Positions 44,926 through 52,010 of a stretch of DNA of 64,000 nucleotides are shown piece by piece. The notes beneath the pieces are model-generated. The model had not been told where the DNA came from. It was given only the letters and a program-made list of their open reading frames with translations, and did not search any database. The position numbers and the translations under genes were made by a program. Where the stretch lies: the IMG/VR virus record IMGVR_UViG_3300047510_002187, positions 31,073 through 95,072 of that record; one strand, given 5' to 3'. Positions within the stretch are counted from its first letter, which is position 1; every line of letters begins with the position of its first letter. Source of the DNA: a virus.

Positions 44926-45084
44926 ATGGCAAAACTCTTTAAGATCGCCAAGTTTGAGAACGAAAACTTCAAGATTCTGGAAACTTTCGGCACCTATGAT
45001 GATGCTGATGATCGGTATGATTATTGGGCAGAACGCTATCCTAACGCATGGGTAGAGATCTTAGACCCAACCGATGAAGTCTGA
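44926..45084 (+). CDS. hypothetical small protein (52 aa; start revised)
   Basis: First ATG after the conserved leader; the track's 5' extension covers the promoter. Confidence 0.4.
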   Translation: MAKLFKIAKFENENFKILETFGTYDDADDRYDYWAERYPNAWVEILDPTDEV

Positions 45085-45093
45085 TTCTTATAA

Positions 45094-45120
45094 AGAACCC
45101 TTCGGGGTTCTTTTTTATTC
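45094..45120 (+). terminator. rho-independent terminator
   Basis: gaacccc-ttcg-ggggttc followed by T6. Confidence 0.65.
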
Positions 45121-45139
45121 TTTTGTAATAATTATAATA

Positions 45140-45300
45140 AAGAAGGGTAAGTGGCGACCTTTTATGTCATCAGAGCGACCCTGCTCCTCATTCCGTTGTC
45201 CCCATAGTATAGGGCATGATGGGGGTCTGCTGTGCCACCTGAGGACGGTTTGGGCAGTGGCACAATCCTGGTTGCTGGGGTGGGTTCCCCCGTGGCATAC
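45140..45300 (+). repeat. conserved non-coding element, copy A (divergent)
   Basis: agggtaagtg...tcatca...ccgttgtccccatagtatagggcatgatgggg...ggtctgctgtgcca...gtttggg shared with copies at 46600, 47540 and 49020. Confidence 0.4.
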
Positions 45301-45361
45301 TATGTGCATCGGCGGGAGGGAAACACCCCGACCGCCAGCAAACCCAATCCCAGAGTCTACC

Positions 45362-45889
45362 ATGCCTGCCGCCACTGCTCTCAACTTTGACGGTTTCAAC
45401 GACGATCAGATGCGTGCCCTTATGGTGCTCATGCAGCAACACATGGAGCAGCGTAAGGTTTCTTTTGATGATCAGGTTTCTTCTGTTCAGCAACAGCGTT
45501 ATGATGAGCGCATGAAAGAAATCGGACAAAATGTTGCTGTGATTGAAACAACGAACGCAGCGTTTGAGGTTTGCCTGAATGAGATCCTGGGCGACATTGA
45601 TGAGTCGCGTTGGATTGTTTCTCAACTTGACAAGTGCCGCCGGATGAATGACTTCCGCCACTTCATCCCCGTTTACTTCAAGTATCGCGGAAAGGATCTT
45701 AAGATCGAAGAACTGTTGCGCACTCTTGCCGCAATCTATCGCCTCAAAATGAAGAACTATAATAATCCTGCAGATAAGTCCAAGGATCGTGCTATCGTTC
45801 GGCATGAAATCCGTTGCCCTCACTGTGGCGAATACGCTACACGTTTGGTGGAGTATCTTGAGATCAAGGGCATCCGTTGGGCGGACTGA
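45362..45889 (+). CDS. hypothetical protein with a C-terminal CPHCGEY zinc ribbon
   Basis: Start at the ATG after the cassette; the track's 5' extension covers non-coding sequence. Confidence 0.45.
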   Translation: MPAATALNFDGFNDDQMRALMVLMQQHMEQRKVSFDDQVSSVQQQRYDERMKEIGQNVAVIETTNAAFEVCLNEILGDIDESRWIVSQLDKCRRMNDFRHFIPVYFKYRGKDLKIEELLRTLAAIYRLKMKNYNNPADKSKDRAIVRHEIRCPHCGEYATRLVEYLEIKGIRWAD

Positions 45890-45900
45890 GATAAGGAATA

Positions 45901-45925
45901 GGGGGCAATCTTATGCCCCCTTTCC
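45901..45925 (+). terminator. rho-independent terminator
   Basis: gggggc-aatcttat-gccccc followed by tttcc. Confidence 0.5.
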
Positions 45926-45954
45926 TATCATAAGAGATCCTTATCAGAAAACCC

Positions 45955-45981
45955 TTGACATAAGATCCCACACCGTATAAG
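45955..45981 (+). promoter_or_regulatory. sigma70-like promoter TTGACA-15-TATAAG preceded by CATAAGAGATCC
   Basis: Shares ttgacataagatcc with 43158. Confidence 0.4.
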
Positions 45982-46009
45982 ATTATCTCAGTTCACCACC
46001 TGAACCACA

Positions 46010-46198
46010 ATGTCTCTCACACAACTGGTAAGAACTTACGCAACTTGCTGTAAGTTGGAAGACAAAGATAAAGATCCAAAGGATCAAATCTCCTGGGTTC
46101 TTTACAATCATCAGGAAATGGTTTTGATTCATGGTCAACCTCAGATTCTAAAGTCTTGGGAGATTGCTGGAGCGTTTCGGAGACTGTTTGCAAAGTGA
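46010..46198 (+). CDS. hypothetical protein (62 aa)
   Basis: Follows the leader tctcagttcaccacctgaaccacaATG. Confidence 0.45.
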   Translation: MSLTQLVRTYATCCKLEDKDKDPKDQISWVLYNHQEMVLIHGQPQILKSWEIAGAFRRLFAK

Positions 46199-46260
46199 CC
46201 ACCAAAGGGGACCGGGAACGGTCCCCATGCCCTAGAATCCTCTCAGTTCACCACTGAACC

Positions 46261-46404
46261 ATGCGACGCCTCCCTAACATCCTCCTGATCGGTTCCCTGC
46301 TCTACATTGGCAGCGGTCTGGGTTTGTCTGCCCTTCAGGTTGCCAAGGCACATGCCGACCGGGTTGCTGTTACGATCTGTGAAGCATCCCGCGACTGCCG
46401 CTGA
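46261..46404 (+). CDS. small secreted/membrane peptide (47 aa)
   Basis: Hand-translated after the leader ctctcagttcaccactgaaccATG; hydrophobic N-terminus. Confidence 0.35.
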   Translation: MRRLPNILLIGSLLYIGSGLGLSALQVAKAHADRVAVTICEASRDCR

Positions 46405-46444
46405 TCGTCTGCTACACTATCTGCAGTTCACCACCGAACCTCTC

Positions 46445-46564
46445 ATGATCTTTGATCTGAAACAGCAAATTGAAGAGCAAGGATACATCATTATCAGCGA
46501 CATGAGCGATGATGAACTTGCCGAACTCTTCCAAGTTATGATAAACGACGAAGAGGAATCATGA
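46445..46564 (+). CDS. acidic mini-protein (39 aa)
   Basis: Follows the leader ctgcagttcaccaccgaacctctcATG; the track's 5' extension is rejected. Confidence 0.3.
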   Translation: MIFDLKQQIEEQGYIIISDMSDDELAELFQVMINDEEES

Positions 46565-46570
46565 ATAATT

Positions 46571-46598
46571 GGGAGAGGCAAATCCTCTCCCTTTTTTT
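46571..46598 (+). terminator. rho-independent terminator
   Basis: gggagagg-caaat-cctctccc followed by T7. Confidence 0.65.
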
Positions 46599-46599
46599 A

Positions 46600-46760
46600 T
46601 ACTTTTGTTGTTATTATTTGCGTGCAGGGTAAGTGTCTTGTTTTGTATCATCACGGCGCCCCCGTTCGTTTCATTGTCCCCATAGTATAAGGCATGGATG
46701 GGGTCAGGTGTGGGGTCTGGTGTGCCAGTTTGGGAACTGGTCAGGAGTGGTTGCCTGGTG
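46600..46760 (+). repeat. conserved non-coding element, copy B
   Basis: tatactt...cagggtaagtgtcttgttttgtatcatcacggcgcccccgttc...gtccccatagtataaggcatggatgggg. Confidence 0.45.
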
Positions 46761-46803
46761 GCATCCCATGCCCTATGATTCTTTCAGTTCACACGAACAC
46801 CCC

Positions 46804-47109
46804 ATGCTTTCCAGCATCATCCGCACCAGCATCCGCTCCCACCTGATTCAGACCGGTTCTAAGACCTGCTCCGAACTGGTGCGGGATCTGGGACTGGACC
46901 CGAAGCGTCACAAGGGCACCATCCATGCCCTGATGGTGGACATGGAGGATGCAGGCATCCTGAGCGCCACCCGTAGCGCCAATGGCAAGCGTCACAAGTG
47001 GGAAATGGTTCCCACCGCGATCCGCAAGCGGGACCGCCTGGTCGCTGCTATCCTGGTCCGGTCTGACCAATCCGACCAATCCGACCAATCCGACCAATCC
47101 GACAACTGA
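46804..47109 (+). CDS. winged-helix/HTH-like putative transcription regulator with a C-terminal (SDQ)x4 repeat
   Basis: TCSELVRDLGLDPKRHKGTIHALMVDMEDAGIL; start after the conserved leader. Confidence 0.4.
   Translation: MLSSIIRTSIRSHLIQTGSKTCSELVRDLGLDPKRHKGTIHALMVDMEDAGILSATRSANGKRHKWEMVPTAIRKRDRLVAAILVRSDQSDQSDQSDQSDN
47065..47100 (+). repeat. 9-bp tandem repeat gaccaatcc x4
   Basis: Direct reading; encodes SDQSDQSDQSDQ. Confidence 0.8.
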
Positions 47110-47177
47110 CACACCGGGGGGTTGCGAAACCCCCCCTCCCCCTGCTATCTTAGATCTGTTCCTGAGGGATTCACCCC

Positions 47178-47498
47178 ATGCGAGTCATCGAACGCAAAAT
47201 GAACAAAGCGATTTCCAATCGTTACGATTGGAAATCTGCAAACACTCGTGTAGAGTATGAAGCAGGAAATGAGATCTCACGAGTGTTTCTTTATGGAAAC
47301 CTGATCGCTGAGATTGGAGAAGGTTTCCTGAAACTTTATGATGGCGGACATCAGACAACCACCACAAAGTCCCGCCTGAATGCTATTCTTTCTGAGAATG
47401 GTTGCGGTGATAAGAAAGTCTATCAGAAAGACTTTCAATGGAAGATCAAACATGATGGAATTGTGGAGGATTTTGTATCAGGAATGATTCTTCGCTGA
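47178..47498 (+). CDS. hypothetical protein
   Basis: ORF track. Confidence 0.4.
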   Translation: MRVIERKMNKAISNRYDWKSANTRVEYEAGNEISRVFLYGNLIAEIGEGFLKLYDGGHQTTTTKSRLNAILSENGCGDKKVYQKDFQWKIKHDGIVEDFVSGMILR

Positions 47499-47507
47499 TT
47501 ATAACTT

Positions 47508-47536
47508 ATGGGGGCAGAAATGCCTCCATTTTTTTA
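47508..47536 (+). terminator. rho-independent terminator
   Basis: gggggca-gaaa-tgcctcc followed by T7. Confidence 0.6.
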
Positions 47537-47539
47537 TAC

Positions 47540-47700
47540 TTAAGATCCTATTATTTACGAGCAGGGTAAGTGTCTTGTTTTGTATCATCGCGGCGCCCCC
47601 GCTCTTCTTCGCTTGTGAGACAATCATAGCACCCCATCAGACCCCAGCGTGGCATCAGGTGGACAGTCTGAGCGGTGGCACAAGACCCCTTGGCAGGATG
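47540..47700 (+). repeat. conserved non-coding element, copy C
   Basis: tatactt...gagcagggtaagtgtcttgttttgtatcatcgcggcgcccccgctcttcttc. Confidence 0.45.
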
Positions 47701-47768
47701 CCTCCCTGTCGGTTATGGTAGTTTCAACGACGGGCACCGCTCTACATTCCCCCCCGTCGCCTAAGATC

Positions 47769-48098
47769 ATGAACTCCCCCGCCTTCCCCCCCGCTGATGC
47801 TCTGATCGCTCATCTTAAGAGCATTAACTATCAGAAACATTTCAACAACTACATGGACACGGTAGAAACCGTGTGCCTCACAATCGCCGCCATTGTTTAT
47901 GTCATCTTCAAGAAAACACAAGAATGGTATCAGAATGGTGGCAAAGATGCTACCCTTCAGATTATCAAGAAAGTTTGGAACTTTCTTTCAGTTTCTTATA
48001 CTTGGGTGCGCTGTGAGGTTTATCCTGCAGTGATTAAGTTTCTGGAGAATGTGTCAGAAACTTATGGCGCCTGGCGTGACCTTGTGACAGTCGCCTAG
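47769..48098 (+). CDS. membrane protein (1 TM), start revised
   Basis: TVCLTIAAIVYVIF hydrophobic segment. Confidence 0.4.
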   Translation: MNSPAFPPADALIAHLKSINYQKHFNNYMDTVETVCLTIAAIVYVIFKKTQEWYQNGGKDATLQIIKKVWNFLSVSYTWVRCEVYPAVIKFLENVSETYGAWRDLVTVA

Positions 48099-48163
48099 GT
48101 GTCCACTGGGGGCAGCGATCCTGCCCTCTCATGCCCTACACTGTATCCAGTCGCAACCAACCC

Positions 48164-48337
48164 ATGCAGACACCGATGAGGATTGAGGTTCGCTATCAAG
48201 TCCCCTACGGGGACTGCCAGTGGCGCTCCCAGTGGTTCCCCACTGTTCAGGAGGCGCAGCGTATGGTAGGATTTTATCGCTCCTGCGGATCGCCCGCCCA
48301 CATCGCCCCCAGCAGCATGGCACAGTTCCAACGCTGA
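48164..48337 (+). CDS. hypothetical small protein
   Basis: Start after the leader. Confidence 0.35.
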   Translation: MQTPMRIEVRYQVPYGDCQWRSQWFPTVQEAQRMVGFYRSCGSPAHIAPSSMAQFQR

Positions 48338-48384
48338 AACTGTCACAAGGGGGGACACCGATCCCCCCTCCCATGCCCTACAAT
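48338..48384 (+). promoter_or_regulatory. promoter cassette (aaaCTGTCACA, hairpin gggggga/tcccccc, TACAAT, leader tctttcagttcaccacccgaac)
   Basis: Island version of the cassette. Confidence 0.45.
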
Positions 48385-48412
48385 TCTTTCAGTTCACCAC
48401 CCGAACCGCACC

Positions 48413-48661
48413 ATGTTCTCCACTCTCACCTTCCGCGATCATAGTCTCAAAGGTGCTACAATCGCTCAGCGTACCTTTGACAATGGTTGGGGAGTTTCTG
48501 TAGTTTCTGGACCCGAAGGTTCCGGTCTTAAGGGTACAATCGGGCAGGATACTTTTGAGGTGGCAATTATACGCCCAAGCGGCAACATGCTGGATGAAAT
48601 TATGCCATGGCAGACTCCGGTGCAGGTATCCAGTCTCATGCGCCTAGTTTCCATGCTGTGA
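48413..48661 (+). CDS. hypothetical protein
   Basis: ORF track. Confidence 0.4.
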   Translation: MFSTLTFRDHSLKGATIAQRTFDNGWGVSVVSGPEGSGLKGTIGQDTFEVAIIRPSGNMLDEIMPWQTPVQVSSLMRLVSML

Positions 48662-48671
48662 CGGTTTGTGA

Positions 48672-48717
48672 ACCTGCACAAGGGGAGGCGACAGGATGCC
48701 TCCCCATGCCCTACAAT
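48672..48717 (+). promoter_or_regulatory. promoter cassette (CTGCACA variant, hairpin gggaggc/gcctccc, TACAAT)
   Basis: Leader gacaagtcaaccaaaggg. Confidence 0.4.
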
Positions 48718-48745
48718 GGACAAGTCAACCAAAGGGAGAACCCCG

Positions 48746-48967
48746 ATGACCCAGATCACCACTGAGACCTGCTTTGATGATGCCAACTTCCCCGCCTGGT
48801 GGAACGAAGCATACGACTACATCATGGGCGATAGTTACATCGAGCACATCATGGGATGCCCCGATGATGGTTGGTGCCTTGATTGTCTGGTTGATTCCTA
48901 CAACAAAGGGATGACACCTAGCGCCGCTGTCAATGAAGCGGTGGACGGTTACGATCCCACCCCCTGA
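48746..48967 (+). CDS. hypothetical Cys-containing protein
   Basis: Start after the leader. Confidence 0.4.
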   Translation: MTQITTETCFDDANFPAWWNEAYDYIMGDSYIEHIMGCPDDGWCLDCLVDSYNKGMTPSAAVNEAVDGYDPTP

Positions 48968-48976
48968 GTATAATCA

Positions 48977-49004
48977 ACCGGAGGCAGAAATGCCTCCTTT
49001 TTTT
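48977..49004 (+). terminator. rho-independent terminator
   Basis: ggaggca-gaaa-tgcctcc followed by T7. Confidence 0.65.
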
Positions 49005-49019
49005 ATACTTTATGAACCA

Positions 49020-49110
49020 TTATTTGCAGGCAGGGTAGGTTACTTGTTTTGTATCATCGCGGCGCCCCCGCTCTTCTTCCGTTGTGTCCATAGTCTAGCG
49101 CATCATGGGC
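49020..49110 (+). repeat. conserved non-coding element, copy D
   Basis: caggcagggtaggttacttgttttgtatcatcgcggcgcccccgctcttcttccgttgtgtccatagtctagcgcatcatgggcg. Confidence 0.45.
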
Positions 49111-49222
49111 GCCACCGTGGCATTGTGACTCATTGTGACTGATAAGCGTTGCTGATCGTTCGGGGGTTGACGCGGGCACCGATCCGTGGGATTCTATAGG
49201 GGTCAACACGCGACACTCCGCT

Positions 49223-49411
49223 ATGGCACTCAACATCACCCCCCGCTTCTACGCCCGCCTGCAGCACGGGTTCTCAATGGAGGCGAAGTTTGAGACCCCG
49301 ACGATGGCAGCGGCGGCAGCAACCGCCCTCGCTCCTGTTCTGGGGTATCTCCCGGTTGTAGAGTGCTACGTCAACGGTCAGTGGATCCGGTATGATCAGA
49401 TGACCGCCTGA
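49223..49411 (+). CDS. hypothetical protein
   Basis: ORF track. Confidence 0.35.
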   Translation: MALNITPRFYARLQHGFSMEAKFETPTMAAAAATALAPVLGYLPVVECYVNGQWIRYDQMTA

Positions 49412-49445
49412 GATCCTCTAGGGGACCCACAGCGGGTCCCCCGCC

Positions 49446-49670
49446 ATGCTACGATCCACAAGCAATCAACGCACCGCCATGATCATCCGCACGCCCAGCA
49501 TCCTGCGCCGCGCTTTCTACGTTTCGATCAACACCCGCGCCCGCCTGCGGGATGAGGTGCTCGCCGTGAGCATCGGCAGCGCCTACCTGGGCGTCAACCG
49601 CCTGAGCGATTCCGACATCGGCGGGTTTGAAATCGTCTGGGGCATCCTGCCGGATTCCGAGGCATTGTGA
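49446..49670 (+). CDS. hypothetical protein
   Basis: Follows the cassette (TACGAT). Confidence 0.35.
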   Translation: MLRSTSNQRTAMIIRTPSILRRAFYVSINTRARLRDEVLAVSIGSAYLGVNRLSDSDIGGFEIVWGILPDSEAL

Positions 49671-49742
49671 ACAAAGGTTACGGGGCACCCTCCGGGGTGC
49701 CCTCCGCCATGCTACAATTCCAGAGTCAACCGCAAGCGAACC

Positions 49743-49952
49743 ATGATCGCCAACCACGCCACCGCCGCCGACTTTACCCGCTGGGAGGCGCGAGCGAAGA
49801 CGATGAGCGACGAAGAGCTGCTCTACAGCGCCCGTGACGCCCGCCAGGCGGAGGCGGCTATGCGCGGGTGGAACCCGATCGCTGAGGGACGCTACAGCGA
49901 CGAGGCGTGTACCTACGGCGACGAACTGCGCCGCCGCCGTGCCAATCGGTGA
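49743..49952 (+). CDS. hypothetical protein
   Basis: Follows the cassette (TACAAT, leader agagtcaaccgcaag). Confidence 0.4.
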   Translation: MIANHATAADFTRWEARAKTMSDEELLYSARDARQAEAAMRGWNPIAEGRYSDEACTYGDELRRRRANR

Positions 49953-50209
49953 GGTGTCCATCGGGGATCGGCAACGGTCCCCCCATCCTGTAGACTGAGA
50001 GGACAACAGGGAGAGGGGCAGGGTCGCCCCGATGACGCAAAAGGTCGCCACTTCCCCTGCCTGCCTTTAATGGTTAAATCTTCACCTAGAACTTTCAGGA
50101 AACTTTCACCTAACCCTCACCCTACGGGCGTCCGATGGTCCCCCCGATCCTGTACACTTCTATCAAGCGCAACGGGGCAGCGCACGAATGCCCCACCGGT
50201 TCCAGGGTT

Positions 50210-50509
50210 ATGACTACCGCCACCGTTCTCTCCGGCGCCTTCTATCGCACCTTCAGCGAGGCGGAGAGCAGCGCGATCCGCAACCTGCACGTCGAACCCG
50301 GCAGCGTGCTCACGGGCGCCCCTGGGTTCGTTGAGGTGATCTTCCACCGCAACCCGACCCGCGCCTACGGGTTCGACGCCGACCCCGCCTTTACGGCGGA
50401 TCTGTTTGACGTTCTCGGGTACACTGACCTGCGAGGCGAGTCGCTGGGGCGGATGATCGCCCGCGCTCGCCAGGATGGGCGCCTGCAGGCGATCCCTGAG
50501 GAAGTGTGA
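50210..50509 (+). CDS. hypothetical protein (MTTATVLSG...), shares its leader and N-terminus with 50607
   Basis: About 70 nt upstream plus the first codons are duplicated at 50540-50625. Confidence 0.4.
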   Translation: MTTATVLSGAFYRTFSEAESSAIRNLHVEPGSVLTGAPGFVEVIFHRNPTRAYGFDADPAFTADLFDVLGYTDLRGESLGRMIARARQDGRLQAIPEEV

Positions 50510-50606
50510 ACGATTGTAACGGGCACCCTCCGGGGTGCCCCGCGATCGTCTAGGATGTCATCAAGCGCAACGGGGGAGCGCCGAATCCCCCACCGGTTCC
50601 AGGGTT

Positions 50607-51356
50607 ATGACTACCGCCACCACCGCCCGCCATAACGAAACTGACGCCCTGCTGGAGCGGGTGCTGCGCGGTCTGCACGGTACTAATCCTCAGGCGGCAG
50701 CTAATCTTGAGCACGATCTGGCGCAGTGTGAGGATCGTAAAGTGCAGCAGTTTAGTGTAACAACCCGCCGCGACGGTTTGATTAACTTTACCTCTGATCT
50801 GAGTGATGCTGAGGTGCTGCAATCCCTTCGCGGTCAGCGTTCACAATTTGCACAAGATCTTGCCGCTAAGTTTAATCGTCTGAGCGCATCTCAGTATGCC
50901 TGGGCACATAAACTTGCCGTGGATAATGTTAAAAAGCAGCAGAATGTTGCTAAGGTGAATGATGCTGACCTCTCCATGTTTGAGGCACTGTTTAATGCTT
51001 TCGAGGCAGCACGTAGCAAGGGTGCTAAGCGTTTGACCCTGCGATTCGCCGGGGTTAATGTGAAACCCAACCGCGACATGTCTGCGCTGTGGGTTACATC
51101 TCAGACTGAGACTGAGGAAGGGAACTACGGAATCCAACCCAAGTACCTGGGTAAAGTTACCCGAAAGGCGCTGGATTCGCGCCTGCCCGATGATGTCAAA
51201 GCGATCATCATGGCGGCAGCGTCCGATCCCCTCACCGCAGCGATTCGCTACGGTAAGGTATCCGGGGAGTGCTCATGCTGTGGGCGGGAACTAACGAATC
51301 CGGAGAGCATTGAGCGGGGGATTGGTCCTATCTGTGCCGACAAGTTCGGATGGTGA
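50607..51356 (+). CDS. hypothetical protein (250 aa) with a C-terminal CSCCGRELTNPESIERGIGPICADKFGW motif
   Basis: Start at MTTATTAR after the duplicated leader. Confidence 0.45.
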   Translation: MTTATTARHNETDALLERVLRGLHGTNPQAAANLEHDLAQCEDRKVQQFSVTTRRDGLINFTSDLSDAEVLQSLRGQRSQFAQDLAAKFNRLSASQYAWAHKLAVDNVKKQQNVAKVNDADLSMFEALFNAFEAARSKGAKRLTLRFAGVNVKPNRDMSALWVTSQTETEEGNYGIQPKYLGKVTRKALDSRLPDDVKAIIMAAASDPLTAAIRYGKVSGECSCCGRELTNPESIERGIGPICADKFGW

Positions 51357-51364
51357 GGTATACC

Positions 51365-51393
51365 GGGGGAGGGACAGTCTCTCCCCCTTTCTC
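51365..51393 (+). terminator. rho-independent terminator at the right edge of the GC-rich island
   Basis: gggggaggg-acagtct-ctccccc followed by tttctct, then TATACTT as at the other island terminators. Confidence 0.55.
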
Positions 51394-51555
51394 TATACTT
51401 TATGTGTACGTGCTAAATGACACCTATTAACCGTGCTTATCGACAGTATGCCGATGGATAAGGGCGCCTTATGGGTCGCGCCTAGCGATTGAAAAACGTT
51501 CAACTACCCTAATCTATAACAACTCTGACCCACGCTAGTTCTATAAGACTCACAA

Positions 51556-51690
51556 GAAACAAAAAATCCTCCGAGGTATAAAAATTCCCCCCAAGTAAAA
51601 TCCGATGTATAAAAAAAATTCTCCCAGAAAAAATCCGCCATATTGGAATTTTTGGAAAGTAGTATTTGCCGGTTGGTTAATACGCTATCC
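51556..51690 (+). repeat. three direct repeats AAAA(A)TCC..G..TAT(A)AAAA in a roughly 380-nt AT-rich non-coding region
   Basis: aaaaaatcctccgaggtataaaaattcc / aaaatccgatgtataaaaaaaattctcc / aaaaaatccgccatattggaattttt. Confidence 0.4.
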
Positions 51691-51771
51691 TAAGCAAATG
51701 TTTAGGATCATTGGAATCCCTCTCGGAATCTTATTAGTAATGATATATAATGCACTGACGAAGTAAATCAA

Positions 51772-51957
51772 ATGATTGAAAAACTTTATCACATCTACGT
51801 GAAAGACAGTTGCATTTATCATTCTCTGAAGGAGGAAGAGTTCAATACTACTTGGATTGCCTTAAATCGCCTTGGAGAATTGTTGTCAGACTGTCCAGAT
51901 CTCTCTTATGAGGAAGTGACCATAGACCGGGAAATCGCGCTGAACTCATCCCATTGA
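51772..51957 (+). CDS. hypothetical protein
   Basis: ORF track. Confidence 0.35.
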   Translation: MIEKLYHIYVKDSCIYHSLKEEEFNTTWIALNRLGELLSDCPDLSYEEVTIDREIALNSSH

Positions 51958-52010
51958 CAAGTCCCTATATAGACTGTTATAATCAGTTTGAGGTTTGTTA
52001 AAAAAATTTG

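Noticed and set aside
46617-46625. GGTAAGT (eukaryotic 5' splice-site-like) in the conserved element, raising the possibility of an intron
   Set aside because: No group I/II intron structural hallmarks and no split gene flanking it; treated as coincidence within a conserved non-coding RNA-like element.
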